A stretch of DNA of 64,000 bases from Candidatus Omnitrophota bacterium (GCA_903856085.1 CAIOAT010000012.1:39020-103019); one strand, 5' to 3'; counted from the stretch's first letter, positions 38,802-49,319 are shown. The notes: generated from the letters alone by a model not told the origin. A program made the numbers and translations.

Positions 38802-39839
38802 GTGCTGAATGCCAATGATTTATTTATGAAGGAAAAGCAAGTTTCTGCAACAACGTTGCTTCCGCGTTTCGAAGAACATCTCAGGGACAAGCGCTTTTTC
38901 AAAACGCGTCAAAAGATCCTCATTGCCTGTTCGGGCGGGCCGGATTCTGTCGCGCTTTTTCATCTCCTGCAATCGCTTGCTGCGAATCACGGTTGGAAAT
39001 TAGGTCTTGCTCATTTCAATCATCAACTCCGGCCCGGTGATGCAAAAAAAGATGAGCGGTTCGTCAAAGATCTGGCCCGGAAATTCAAGGTCCCATTCTA
39101 TAGCGGGACGGGGAACGTAAAGCGCGAGGCCAAAAGAACGAAGACCTCGATCGAGGAATGCGCTCGGCAAATGCGCTACGATTTTTTTCTCAGGACTACG
39201 CAAATAGAAAAATTCCAGGCGGGCGTGTTGGCCCATACGAAGGACGATCAAGCCGAGACCGTACTCATGCGAGTTCTTCAGGGGACAGGTCTGCGGGGTC
39301 TGCAGGGGATCCGCGAAAAGTTCAGAATGGGTCGTACGACTTGGGTCCGACCGCTTCTCGTTTTCACCAAAAAAGAACTGCTAGGTTATCTTGCTAAAGA
39401 GCGTGTTCCGTTCCGTTCGGATAAGACGAACGATTCTTTAAGATTCGTTCGTAATCGTATCCGTCTGGAACTCATCCCCGGGCTTCAGCGCGATTTTAAC
39501 CCGCGAGTCGTGGAGGCTCTTTCTCGCATTCCTTCGATCGTGGCCGGGGAGAGCGCTCTTATCGCCGAGCTTGAAGAAAAGGCCTGGGAGAAAACGTTCA
39601 AAAGGAGATGCGGTAAAGAAATAGAACTCCGCCGCTCGGTTCTTCTTAAATTCCCTCCGGCGCTTCAATTCCGCATTTTAGAAAAAGCTCTCAAGAAGCT
39701 GGACAAACAAAGCGGGCTTTCGTTTGAGGCCTGGGAGCGGATCCGTCAAGGGCTTGTACGGTCCCGCTACCGATCATCGCTTCCGAAGGATATCGATTTC
39801 GCGCTAACTCCCAAAAAGGCAATCCTTTACAAGAAGTAA
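38802..39839 (+). CDS. tilS: tRNA(Ile)-lysidine synthetase
   Basis: PP-loop SGGPDS present. TilS family length. Start is GTG at 38802 or ATG at 38826. Confidence 0.85.
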   Translation: MLNANDLFMKEKQVSATTLLPRFEEHLRDKRFFKTRQKILIACSGGPDSVALFHLLQSLAANHGWKLGLAHFNHQLRPGDAKKDERFVKDLARKFKVPFYSGTGNVKREAKRTKTSIEECARQMRYDFFLRTTQIEKFQAGVLAHTKDDQAETVLMRVLQGTGLRGLQGIREKFRMGRTTWVRPLLVFTKKELLGYLAKERVPFRSDKTNDSLRFVRNRIRLELIPGLQRDFNPRVVEALSRIPSIVAGESALIAELEEKAWEKTFKRRCGKEIELRRSVLLKFPPALQFRILEKALKKLDKQSGLSFEAWERIRQGLVRSRYRSSLPKDIDFALTPKKAILYKK

Positions 39840-39933
39840 GACTTCCTTTAATCCGATTTGATATCTTCAAACTCCCATGCTAGACTACGGCTCCTTTTCT
39901 CCTGAAAAACCAAGAGAGATTTGAGAACAAAAT

Positions 39934-41883
39934 ATGCCGAATCCTGTCAATAAGGTGAAGAAAAATATGCCGCGTCCAAAGAACGGCCGCAAGCCACCGC
40001 CCAAGCCGGGAGAACCGGATCGTCGGCGGTTAATGGCGCTTTTTCTTATACCTCTCGGGATCTTTCTTATTCTTCAGGTCTTCGTGTTCCCGAATTTTGA
40101 GCTTAAAGAGCTTAGTTACTCCGAATTCTTCCGGATGCTTACGCGCAATCCAGAGACCGGAGAGATCCTCTCCTGTGAATTGGTGGACAACGTGGTGCAG
40201 GGTAAGCTGACCACGCTTTCTTATTTCCAGGTCCACATTCCCTACAATGATCCCGATATCATCCCGTTGATCCGTAAGAACGTCGCGAATTTCTCCGTCA
40301 GCCCGCCGCAAACTTTTTGGCGTAATTTCTTTGCGGGGATCTTTCCGACGCTGCTCTTGATCGGATTTTTCTGGTTCTTCGTTTATCGCGGCGTCCAGCA
40401 GGGTGGAGGCAAGGTTTTTTCATTCGGGAAATCCCGCGCCAAGCTCGTGGACAAGGAGAAAAGTCCGATCACGTTCAAGGATGTTGCCGGCGTGGATGAG
40501 GCTAAAGACGAGTTGCAGGAGATCATAGAATTCTTGAAGGACCCGCCGCGCTTTCAAAAACTTGGCGGCAAGATCCCCAAGGGCGTCCTTTTGATGGGGC
40601 CTCCGGGAACGGGAAAGACACTTCTCGCGAAAGCGGTGGCCGGTGAGGCCGAAGTGCCTTTTTATTCCATCAGTGGTTCAGATTTCGTGGAGATGTTCGT
40701 TGGAGTTGGCGCCGCACGTGTGCGGGACCTTTTTGAACAAGCCAAGCGCTCGGCTAAAGCGGGTGGCAAAGGCGCGATCATTTTTATTGATGAGATCGAT
40801 GCGGTGGGCCGTCAGCGTTTCGCCGGGATCGGCGGCGGGCATGATGAACGCGAACAAACCTTGAACGCGCTTCTGGTGGAAATGGATGGTTTTGATACGC
40901 ATATCGGTGTGATCCTGATCGCTTCGACGAATCGTCCGGACGTATTGGATCCCGCGCTTCTGAGGCCGGGTCGTTTCGACCGTCAAGTGGTGATCGAGCG
41001 GCCGGATATCAAGGGCCGTGAAGAGATCCTCAAGGTCCACGCCAACGGCGTAAAACTCGGACCGAATGTGGATCTTGCGAAGATCGCGCGCCAGACGCCC
41101 GGTTTTTCAGGTGCGGACCTTGCGAATCTTGTGAACGAAGGCGCTCTTTTGGGAGCGCGCCGGAAATTGGATTTTGTCGGACAACCCGAATTGGAACAAT
41201 CGATCGAACGTGTGATGGTCGGACCTGAGCGCAAAAGCCGTGTCATTTCCAAACGTGAAAAGAAGATCAAAGCGGTCCATGAATCCGGACACACGCTGAT
41301 CGCCCTGCTTCTTCCCGGAGCGGATCCTGTGCATAAAGTTTCCATCATTCCTCGCGGTTATGGTATCGGCGGCTACACCCTTCAAGTTCCCGATGAAGAC
41401 CGCAATCTGATCACCCAAACCGAGATCCTCGACCGGATCACGGTGCTTCTCGGAGGCCGGGTGGCGGAAGAGATTTATTTTAAAGAGATCAGCTCCGGTG
41501 CTTCGGATGATCTTGAGAAAGCGACGCATTACGCGCAGACCATGGTGTGTGAGTTGGGCATGAGCGATAAGCTCGGGCATCTGACATTCGGTAAAAGAGA
41601 TAGGCAGATCTTTCTGGGCCGCGACCTGATGCGCGAAAAGGATTATTCCGAGCAAACCGCAGTCTTAATCGATGGCGAAGTTCGCAGGATCGTTGATGGC
41701 TGTTATGAAAGGGCCACCGGCCTTCTCACGCAGAACCAGGACAAGCTTTCGCTCCTGACGGATGTGCTGCTCGAAAAAGAAGTGATCGATGCTGAGGAGA
41801 TCAAAAAGATCACCGGGCTCCAAGGGGCTACATTGCCCGAGAATGGGAGTGGAACTCCGGAAATAGGAAAACCCGTCGCTTGA
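39934..41883 (+). CDS. ftsH: ATP-dependent zinc metalloprotease FtsH
   Basis: AAA+ Walker [12 protein letters not shown] motif. HEXXH motif HESGH. Confidence 0.9.
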   Translation: MPNPVNKVKKNMPRPKNGRKPPPKPGEPDRRRLMALFLIPLGIFLILQVFVFPNFELKELSYSEFFRMLTRNPETGEILSCELVDNVVQGKLTTLSYFQVHIPYNDPDIIPLIRKNVANFSVSPPQTFWRNFFAGIFPTLLLIGFFWFFVYRGVQQGGGKVFSFGKSRAKLVDKEKSPITFKDVAGVDEAKDELQEIIEFLKDPPRFQKLGGKIPKGVLLMGPPGTGKTLLAKAVAGEAEVPFYSISGSDFVEMFVGVGAARVRDLFEQAKRSAKAGGKGAIIFIDEIDAVGRQRFAGIGGGHDEREQTLNALLVEMDGFDTHIGVILIASTNRPDVLDPALLRPGRFDRQVVIERPDIKGREEILKVHANGVKLGPNVDLAKIARQTPGFSGADLANLVNEGALLGARRKLDFVGQPELEQSIERVMVGPERKSRVISKREKKIKAVHESGHTLIALLLPGADPVHKVSIIPRGYGIGGYTLQVPDEDRNLITQTEILDRITVLLGGRVAEEIYFKEISSGASDDLEKATHYAQTMVCELGMSDKLGHLTFGKRDRQIFLGRDLMREKDYSEQTAVLIDGEVRRIVDGCYERATGLLTQNQDKLSLLTDVLLEKEVIDAEEIKKITGLQGATLPENGSGTPEIGKPVA

Positions 41884-42704
41884 TCTGGAAGATCCGGCAA
41901 AACACCGTTTCTTTTGGCCGGACTCTTTTGATGGGGATCTTGAATATCACGCCGGATTCGTTTTTTGATGGCGGCCGTTATTTCGATCCGGAAGCTGCGG
42001 GCGCGCGAGCTCTGACGCTGGTCGAAGAAGGCGCGGACATCTTAGATTTGGGCGCTCAATCCACACGGCCGGGCGCGCTGCCGGTCACAGAACGGGAAGA
42101 ACTGGAACGGTTGCTGCCCGTCCTCAAGTGCGTCCGCAAGGCAGTCTTGGTTCCCATCTCGATCGATACAGTCAGCCCGGAAGTTGCGAAGAAATGTCTC
42201 GAGGCCGGAGCCGATATCATCAACGATGTGAGCGGGCTGAAGCGATCCGGTCCTGACATGGCGAAAGCCGTCAAGGAGTTTGGCGCGGGGATCGTGCTGA
42301 TGCACAGCCGCGGGACTCCGGAAACGATGCAGACCTTGACCGAATATGCAGAAGTGGTGCCGAATGTGATGACGGAGCTTCGCGAAAGTATCCGGCTCGC
42401 TACGGACGCAGGGATCGAGCCTGAACGGATCGTGGTTGATCCGGGGCTTGGTTTTGCGAAGACCGCGGAACAAAATCTTGAAATCTTGAAAAAAATAAAC
42501 CTATTCCACGAACTTGGTTTTCCCGTGCTTGCCGGTCCTTCCCAAAAATCTTTTATCGGTCAGGTGATAGGTCGCGAGACAAAAGACCGGACGTTCGGGA
42601 CGGCCGCTTGCGTTGCAGCATGTGTCCGGGAGGGCGTTCAGATTCTTCGGGTGCACGAAGTCGGCGCGATGCGGGATGTCGTTCGCATGACAGAAGCCCT
42701 TTAA
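41880..42704 (+). CDS. folP: dihydropteroate synthase
   Basis: Pterin-binding motifs GILNITPDSF and DIGAQSTRPG. Confidence 0.85.
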   Translation: MIWKIRQNTVSFGRTLLMGILNITPDSFFDGGRYFDPEAAGARALTLVEEGADILDLGAQSTRPGALPVTEREELERLLPVLKCVRKAVLVPISIDTVSPEVAKKCLEAGADIINDVSGLKRSGPDMAKAVKEFGAGIVLMHSRGTPETMQTLTEYAEVVPNVMTELRESIRLATDAGIEPERIVVDPGLGFAKTAEQNLEILKKINLFHELGFPVLAGPSQKSFIGQVIGRETKDRTFGTAACVAACVREGVQILRVHEVGAMRDVVRMTEAL

Positions 42705-42784
42705 GGAAAGTGGACGTTCTGGATTTTAGGGAAAAAATTATCAATTTTGTTTCTAAATGAGAAGCTTGAGAGAGGGTTTGAATC

Positions 42785-45184
42785 ATGGCTCAACAGCAGG
42801 GAATCCTTCCCAGTTATGTTGATGTTCTTGTCACAAATCTGAAAACCGATGCTTCATGGATCGTCCGAAAATCAGCCGCAACGGCTCTTGGGCAATTAGG
42901 GGATCCTCGTGTTGTGGAGTCTCTGATTGAGGCCATGGGGGATATGGATCAGGCCGTGCAGAATGAGGCGGCCAAAGCCATCGCCAGCATGGAATCTTAT
43001 GCTGCCGGTCCGCTGGTGAATGCGCTTAAGAACAGTAATGAACAGATCCAGCGGAGGGCATCCCGTCTTCTTGCGAACATTAAAAATCTCCCCGTGGAAA
43101 TCCTTGCGCCTATTCTCAATGAAAAGAATAATTTGATCCGTGGGTTGGCCATCGAGCTTTTCGGAATTCGCAGGGAGAAACAAAGCGTTCCGTTGCTTAT
43201 GGATTGCTTGAACGATGTCAATCCGGAGATCCGAAGAAAAGCTATCAAATCGTTGGAAATGATCGGGGATGAAGAGGCCGGACCCGCGATCGAGCGTTTC
43301 ATAAAAGATTCCGAAGAAAGCGTGAGAATGGCGGCGGTCGATCTGGCAGAAAGATTATTGTTGAATGATTCTGCGAATGCGGTTGCGGGTGCAATGAACG
43401 ACAGTAATGCGGGGATCCGCAGAAAAGCGGCCATGATCCTCGGGATTTTAGGGAATCCAGTGGCTCTGGAAGCCCTGATGGGAGCGCTGGGCGATAATGA
43501 CGCGTTGGTCCGGGCTAAGGCAGCCGAGGCCTTGGGGCGGTTGGGGAAAAACGAGGCGTTGAGCGCCTTGACCAAGGCTGCGAATGATCCTGATCTCGAG
43601 ACCCAGAAAAAGGTCACAGAAGCTATTTATATTCTTCAGGCCAACAAGACCAAGCCGGAATTGATGGAGGATCTCGGGAATGCCAATGCGAGCATTCGCC
43701 GCCTGGCGGCAATGAAGTTGAGCCATATGGACGGAACTGAGGAAATCGCCGTCTTGATCAAGGCTCTTCAGGATTCAGACGACTACGTTCGCAATTGCGC
43801 GGTGGATGGGCTCATCAAGCGTGATGCGGAGGAAAGTTACTTAGCGCTTGTCCAGGCTCTTGGGGATATGAATAGTCAGATTCGTATCAAGGTGACTCAG
43901 TATTGTCAAGATCTCGGGAGTAAGGTGGCAGTGTTTTTGCGGGACCTATTGGCTACCGGCAATGCGGAAGCCCGCACCCGAGCTATTTCACTTTTAGGGA
44001 AACTCAAGGATGCCCGAGCCGTTGATGCTTTGATCAAACGGCTTCATGATCCGGATCTTCTTGTTCGTTCAGAAGCCGCTCTGGCCATGGGGAGCATGGG
44101 GAATATTGCGATCGATCCTCTGACGCCTCTTTTGGGGGATTCGAACCCGATGATCCAAATGGTTGTCATTGAGGCCTTCGGAAAGATCGGGAGCAACAAG
44201 ATCGTGCAGCCCATGCTTCAGGCGGTCCAGGGAGGCGGGGAAATGATCCAGGCCAAAGCGATATCCGTCCTCGCGACCATGGGGGATTCGGTGCTGAAGG
44301 CTTTGATCGATAGTTTAAAAGAGCAGAATCCTTCCGCCGTGCGAAAGATGGCCGCGGAAGTTCTTGGCAGGATCGGGGATAAAAAAGCTGTCCCGCCGTT
44401 GCTGGAGGCATTGAGCGATGGCGATACTGAGGTGCGGAAAAAGGTCGTGGAGGCTCTTAACGAGTTCTCGGACCCGCGCATCACGAAAAAAATGATCGAG
44501 CTGATCAAAAATGAAGAACCTTCCATCAAACTTCGAGCGGCCTGGTGCCTGGCTCAGCAGATGGATCCCTTGGCGGTGGATGCGCTCGTGGATCTTTTGA
44601 AAAGTGACAATGTTTCGGTCCGGGAAGAAGCGATGTGGGTGTTGAGTCGTATGCGGGATCTTCCCATTGTCGCGATCCGTAAGTGTGTGAAAGACGCTAA
44701 CCCTCAGGTTCGTGTACTCGCGGTGCGGTTGCTGGGCTTTCTTGGCGGGAGGGCGAGCTCGGATTCGTTGATCGATGCCTTAAAGGATTCCGATGATAAG
44801 GTCCGGGAAATGGCTGTTCGCAGTATCGCTCAAACAGGCGATAAGACGGCGATAGAAACATTGAGTTCGGTCATGAAGGATTCCAATGAAAAGATCCGCG
44901 CATTGGCGTCGGAAGCTCTGGGCGTGGTGGCCAGTAGTGAGGTGGTCGCCCCAGGTCGTAAATGCCCGCGATGCGGCAGGCCCCTTCGGGAAATGAAAAA
45001 ATACAAGGGGGATACGTTCAATCCCGGGCTTTATTGGGGATGTATGATAGGGGGAGTGTTTCTGACCCCGGTTTTTATTGGGGTGTTTCTCATGCTCTAT
45101 GCTTGGAAGATGAGGACGGAGCGCAAGCGCTTTTTGATGTGTGTTTATTGTCAGGAAATGGTTTCTCTGAAGTGGCACGACTAA
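42785..45184 (+). CDS. 799-aa HEAT/PBS-lyase-repeat protein with C-terminal zinc ribbon and TM anchor
   Basis: About 20 repeats of the AxxALGxLGD..AV..L pattern. C-terminus CPRCGRP ... TM helix ... CVYCQ. Confidence 0.8.
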   Translation: MAQQQGILPSYVDVLVTNLKTDASWIVRKSAATALGQLGDPRVVESLIEAMGDMDQAVQNEAAKAIASMESYAAGPLVNALKNSNEQIQRRASRLLANIKNLPVEILAPILNEKNNLIRGLAIELFGIRREKQSVPLLMDCLNDVNPEIRRKAIKSLEMIGDEEAGPAIERFIKDSEESVRMAAVDLAERLLLNDSANAVAGAMNDSNAGIRRKAAMILGILGNPVALEALMGALGDNDALVRAKAAEALGRLGKNEALSALTKAANDPDLETQKKVTEAIYILQANKTKPELMEDLGNANASIRRLAAMKLSHMDGTEEIAVLIKALQDSDDYVRNCAVDGLIKRDAEESYLALVQALGDMNSQIRIKVTQYCQDLGSKVAVFLRDLLATGNAEARTRAISLLGKLKDARAVDALIKRLHDPDLLVRSEAALAMGSMGNIAIDPLTPLLGDSNPMIQMVVIEAFGKIGSNKIVQPMLQAVQGGGEMIQAKAISVLATMGDSVLKALIDSLKEQNPSAVRKMAAEVLGRIGDKKAVPPLLEALSDGDTEVRKKVVEALNEFSDPRITKKMIELIKNEEPSIKLRAAWCLAQQMDPLAVDALVDLLKSDNVSVREEAMWVLSRMRDLPIVAIRKCVKDANPQVRVLAVRLLGFLGGRASSDSLIDALKDSDDKVREMAVRSIAQTGDKTAIETLSSVMKDSNEKIRALASEALGVVASSEVVAPGRKCPRCGRPLREMKKYKGDTFNPGLYWGCMIGGVFLTPVFIGVFLMLYAWKMRTERKRFLMCVYCQEMVSLKWHD

Positions 45185-45337
45185 GGATGTAACACCCAGT
45201 TGTTGTGGACACCTTCACGGAAGGCGTTTGCCGCAGGGGAGTTGACAATGACTTGGGTGCGAGCAAGTAGGATGAAATTTGAAATACCAACAGAGGAAAG
45301 ATTTCTAAAATTCGGTTAAGAATCCAGCGGAGGAGTC

Positions 45338-46087
45338 ATGTCAGGACATTCAAAGTGGGCGAGTATCAAGCATAAGAAAGCGATCGTGGACGCCAAACGC
45401 GGCCAGGTTTTTACGAAATTTATCCGTGAGATCACGGTGGCGGCGAAAACGGGCGGCGGGGACTTGAACACCAATCCGCGCCTTCGCACCGCTATTCAGT
45501 CCGCCAAAGATTCCAACATGCCCGCCGACAATATTGATCGTGCGATCAAAAAAGGTACGGGCGAGCTCGAAGGCGTGACCTACGAGGAAATTGCCTATGA
45601 AGGATTTGGTCCTGATGGCGCGGCGGTCCTGGTAGCGTGTCTGACGGATAACAAGAACCGGACCGCCTCCGAGATCCGGAGCATTTTTAATAAAGGGAAT
45701 GGCAATATGGGCGGCGCCGGGACTGTGGCGTGGATGTTCGAAAAAAAAGGGTTTGTCGTTGTTTCTAAGGCCGCAACGACCGAAGATCAGCTGATGGAGA
45801 TCGTGCTCGGTGCCGGCGCTGAGGATATGACTTCGACCGATCAGGTGTTCGAAGTGACGACCGCGCCGCACGACCTTTGGGCGGTTCGCGAGGCCGTGGA
45901 AAAGGCCAAGATCAAGATTGAAAGCGCAAATCTCACCATGATCCCAAAAAATCTTGTGAGTGTGTCCGCGGACACCGGCCGCAAGGTGGTGCACTTGATT
46001 GAAGCTCTTGAAGAGCACGACGACGTCCAGAACGTTTATTCGAATGCGGATATTCCCGAAGAAGTTATTAAGGAGATGTCGGCGTAA
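45338..46087 (+). CDS. yebC: YebC/PmpR-family transcriptional regulatory protein
   Basis: MSGHSKWASIKHKKA N-terminus. Confidence 0.9.
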   Translation: MSGHSKWASIKHKKAIVDAKRGQVFTKFIREITVAAKTGGGDLNTNPRLRTAIQSAKDSNMPADNIDRAIKKGTGELEGVTYEEIAYEGFGPDGAAVLVACLTDNKNRTASEIRSIFNKGNGNMGGAGTVAWMFEKKGFVVVSKAATTEDQLMEIVLGAGAEDMTSTDQVFEVTTAPHDLWAVREAVEKAKIKIESANLTMIPKNLVSVSADTGRKVVHLIEALEEHDDVQNVYSNADIPEEVIKEMSA

Positions 46088-46150
46088 TTCACACCCTTTT
46101 AAAACCCGGTTTTTCACGATTTGAACTTGGTTTTGATCTTGGAGGCTGGT

Positions 46151-46627
46151 ATGCGAGTCCTTGGTATTGATCCCGGCACGCATCGGACCGGATTTGGGGT
46201 TCTCGAATCGGACGGCCGGAGCTATAAACTCGTGATCTGTGGGACCATCCGCGCGGCAGCCAAAGACCCCATCGCCAAACGCCTCCTTCATATTTTTGAA
46301 TCTCTCCAAAAGAACATTCAAAGTTATAAGCCCGATGTGGTAGTGCTTGAGACTCTCTTTTTCGCCAAGGATATCCGGGCCGTCGAACGGATCGGGGCGG
46401 CACGCGCCTGTGCCATGCTCGCGGCTTCTAAACAGGGCCTTGAAGTGATAGAATACGCTCCGACCGCGGTGAAAAAGTCTGTGACCGGTAACGGTCGCGC
46501 TTCCAAGGATCAGGTTCAATTCATGGTGAAGCGACTTTTAAATTTGAAAGAGGCGCCTGCACTCGATGCCTCAGACGCCTTGGCGATCGCGATGTGTTAT
46601 TTGCATTCTTCTAAACGAAAAACGTAA
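46151..46627 (+). CDS. ruvC: crossover junction endodeoxyribonuclease RuvC
   Basis: RBS GGAGG precedes the ATG. N-terminus MRVLGIDPGTHRTGFGVLE. Confidence 0.85.
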   Translation: MRVLGIDPGTHRTGFGVLESDGRSYKLVICGTIRAAAKDPIAKRLLHIFESLQKNIQSYKPDVVVLETLFFAKDIRAVERIGAARACAMLAASKQGLEVIEYAPTAVKKSVTGNGRASKDQVQFMVKRLLNLKEAPALDASDALAIAMCYLHSSKRKT

Positions 46628-46656
46628 TGAACCATTTGTTCAACAAGGAGGCACCC

Positions 46657-47514
46657 ATGTTTCTTCGGTTTCTTTTCGCGTGTTGCTTTGCCATCTCGAT
46701 GGTTTTCTGCAGTACGACGGCTTTCGCGGGGCAAGTCCAGCTTACAACCTACTATCCCTCACCGTATGGTGAGTATCAGCAGTTAAAGGCGACGGGTGTT
46801 GATACCAACAATGGCACCACTGCGTTGCAGGCGGCAGGGAGTTCAGGAACGGGATTGATTGTGACGAACGCGAACAATGTCGGCATCGGGACGACGGCGC
46901 CGAATGCAAAACTTAGTTTCGGAACGTCTGTTCAGGATAATGATATCTATCTGTACGATGGAACAAGTGACAAGTATGGATTCGGCGTAAGATCTAGCCA
47001 GTTCATGATCTATAGCGGTGCAGGCGGGGCTTCCACGGGCGGTGTCACTTTAGGAAAATTTGATGGGACAACATTTACAGAAGCCATGAGAATACGAAAT
47101 GATGGCAACGTCGGCATCGGGACGACGGCCCCGGCTTATAAATTAGCAGTAGCGGGAACGATCTGGGCGAATGGGACGGTCATCACTGCGGGAATTGCGA
47201 CATGGTCGGATGTCAGGCTAAAAGAAAACGTAGAATCCATCGGTAACGGTCTTGACAGGATTGAAAAATTGAACGGGGTTTTTTATGACTGGAAACAGAA
47301 TGAATTTACAAAGAATTTCCCTAAAGGGAGGCAAATAGGTTTGATCGCTCAGGACGTCGAAAAGGTCGTGCCGGAATTAGTAACCGAGGGTGAAGACGGT
47401 TATAAAAAGGTTTCTTACGAAAGGTTAACAGCCGTACTCGTAGAAGCTGTAAAAGAACAGCAACAACAGATCGATTTGTTGAAAAAAGAAATCGCGGAAC
47501 TGAAAAAGCGGTAA
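46657..47514 (+). CDS. secreted tail-fibre-like protein with C-terminal peptidase S74 / intramolecular chaperone domain
   Basis: RBS AAGGAGG precedes the ATG. Signal peptide. NVGIGTTAP repeats. C-terminus SDVRLKENV...GLIAQDVEKVVPE...coiled coil matches the autoproteolytic chaperone domain of phage tail fibres and endosialidases. Confidence 0.75.
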   Translation: MFLRFLFACCFAISMVFCSTTAFAGQVQLTTYYPSPYGEYQQLKATGVDTNNGTTALQAAGSSGTGLIVTNANNVGIGTTAPNAKLSFGTSVQDNDIYLYDGTSDKYGFGVRSSQFMIYSGAGGASTGGVTLGKFDGTTFTEAMRIRNDGNVGIGTTAPAYKLAVAGTIWANGTVITAGIATWSDVRLKENVESIGNGLDRIEKLNGVFYDWKQNEFTKNFPKGRQIGLIAQDVEKVVPELVTEGEDGYKKVSYERLTAVLVEAVKEQQQQIDLLKKEIAELKKR

Positions 47515-47606
47515 GCTGATCTGCGGAAGAAATGTAATAGTTTCCAAGAAAGGGACAGGTATTGATTGACAGACTGTCCCCTTCTTGAAACAAAGGAACA
47601 GTTCAA

Positions 47607-48209
47607 ATGTACCATTACTTGACAGGAAAGATCGCGGAGAAGACGCCGGTGGCGGTGATCCTGGATGTGAACGGGATCGGCTACGAGGTGCGCGTTTCTC
47701 TCTCCACGTTTTCAAGCCTTCCCGCGCTTGGGCAAACCGTGAAACTTTTCACGCATTTCGTTGTGCGTGAAGATGCCCAGTTACTTTACGGCTTTGCGAC
47801 GGAGGAAGAACGCGAGGCGTTCAAGCTTCTTATTTCTATTTCCGGGATCGGCCCCAAGCTTGCGATCACGCTTTTATCCGGTGTCACACTTCCGGAATTG
47901 AAACATGCGATTCAGGAGAAAAACATTCCGGTGCTAACGGCGATTTCCGGGATCGGTCAGAAGACCGCCGAACGCGTGATCATTGAACTCAAGGACAAGA
48001 TCGGCAAGGCGGAGGTTTCGGCCGGCAAAGAACTCATCCATGACGCGAGCGTTTCAGACCAGATGGTCGAGGATTCGGTTTCGGCGCTTGTGTCGCTTGG
48101 TTATACCAAACAAAAAGCCAAGGAAGCCATTCAGAAAACACTGAAGGCGATGCTTGGTAAAAAACCGTCGGTGGAAGAAATCATCCGCGCGGCGCTGAAA
48201 CATGTTTGA
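47607..48209 (+). CDS. ruvA: Holliday junction DNA helicase RuvA
   Basis: MYHYLTGKI...GIGYEV N-terminus. HhH motifs GIGPK and GIGQKTA. Confidence 0.9.
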   Translation: MYHYLTGKIAEKTPVAVILDVNGIGYEVRVSLSTFSSLPALGQTVKLFTHFVVREDAQLLYGFATEEEREAFKLLISISGIGPKLAITLLSGVTLPELKHAIQEKNIPVLTAISGIGQKTAERVIIELKDKIGKAEVSAGKELIHDASVSDQMVEDSVSALVSLGYTKQKAKEAIQKTLKAMLGKKPSVEEIIRAALKHV

Positions 48210-48227
48210 ACGGACTAGAGACTAAAG

Positions 48228-49247
48228 ATGGCAGACGACAGAATGTTGGATCAGGAATTCAAGCCGGAAGAGATCGAGATCGAGGTGACGCTCCGTCCGG
48301 CCACGCTCGATGAATTTATCGGGCAGACGCAGGTCAAGGAGAATCTCAAAGTCTTCGTCGAGGCGGCGCTCGGCCGTAAAGAATCGCTGGACCACATTCT
48401 TCTTTTTGGGCCTCCGGGTCTCGGCAAAACCACGCTTGCCAATATCATCGCAAACCGCATGAAAGCCAAGATCCATCAGGTGTCCGGGCCGATCCTCGAA
48501 CGGGCAGGGGATTTGGCCGGCATTCTCACCAACCTTGAAAAGGGAGATGTTCTTTTCATTGACGAGATCCACCGCATTCCGCACGTGGTGGAAGAATATC
48601 TTTATTCGGCAATGGAGGATTTTTCGATCGAGATCATGATCGACAAGGGGCCGCATGCCCGTTCTGTGAAAATGCAGATCCCGCGTTTCACCTTGATCGG
48701 TGCCACCACAAGGAGCGGTCTTCTCACCGCGCCGTTGCGTTCACGATTCGGGATCATTGAACGGTTGAATTATTATGAAATTGAAGACCTGGCCACGATC
48801 GTAGAGCGCTCGGCGAAAATATTGGAGATCGCGATCGATGAAAAGGGCGCCCTCGAGATCGCGGGTCGCGCACGCGGCACACCCCGTATCGCCAACCGCC
48901 TTCTGCGCCGTGTACGTGATTACGCGCAGGTGAAAGCCGATGGGAAGATCACGGTCGATGTTGCCGACAAAGGTCTCAAGATGCTTGGCGTGGATCAGGA
49001 AGGCCTGGATCCGATGGATAAAAGGATCCTGCAATATATTCTCAAGGAATGTAAAGGCGGGCCGGTGGGCGTCAACAGCCTTGCCGTTGGCGTGGGAGAA
49101 GATGCCGAGACCCTGGAAGAAATTTACGAACCCTATCTTATTCAACGCGGATTTCTCAAGCGCACCGCCTCTGGTCGCGTTCTAACCGAGCGCGCGTACA
49201 TTCATTTCGGCGCCAAACCTCCGGCTTCCGCACAACAACTTTTTTAA
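48228..49247 (+). CDS. ruvB: Holliday junction DNA helicase RuvB
   Basis: Walker [15 protein letters not shown] motif. RuvB C-terminal winged helix. Confidence 0.9.
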   Translation: MADDRMLDQEFKPEEIEIEVTLRPATLDEFIGQTQVKENLKVFVEAALGRKESLDHILLFGPPGLGKTTLANIIANRMKAKIHQVSGPILERAGDLAGILTNLEKGDVLFIDEIHRIPHVVEEYLYSAMEDFSIEIMIDKGPHARSVKMQIPRFTLIGATTRSGLLTAPLRSRFGIIERLNYYEIEDLATIVERSAKILEIAIDEKGALEIAGRARGTPRIANRLLRRVRDYAQVKADGKITVDVADKGLKMLGVDQEGLDPMDKRILQYILKECKGGPVGVNSLAVGVGEDAETLEEIYEPYLIQRGFLKRTASGRVLTERAYIHFGAKPPASAQQLF

Positions 49248-49319
49248 TCCGTGCCCAGTACTGCGTTTCTAAGGGTCCTATGGGCTTGCAGTGCCGGCAC
49301 CGTTAACCCATAAAAGCGA

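Noticed and set aside
42997-43617. 206-aa minus-strand ORF inside the HEAT-repeat gene
   Set aside because: It is the antisense frame of a repeat-rich gene. Its low-complexity Ala/Ser/Arg composition is an artefact.
45350-46519. 389-aa minus-strand ORF spanning yebC and ruvC
   Set aside because: It is antisense to two highly conserved genes. Its protein composition (R/H/G-rich) is typical of a non-coding reverse frame.
46627-47514. Tail-fibre-like gene as a prophage remnant or mobile element
   Set aside because: No integrase, terminase, capsid or other phage genes are present. No direct repeats flank it. It sits cleanly inside the ruv operon with a signal peptide, consistent with a host surface protein.
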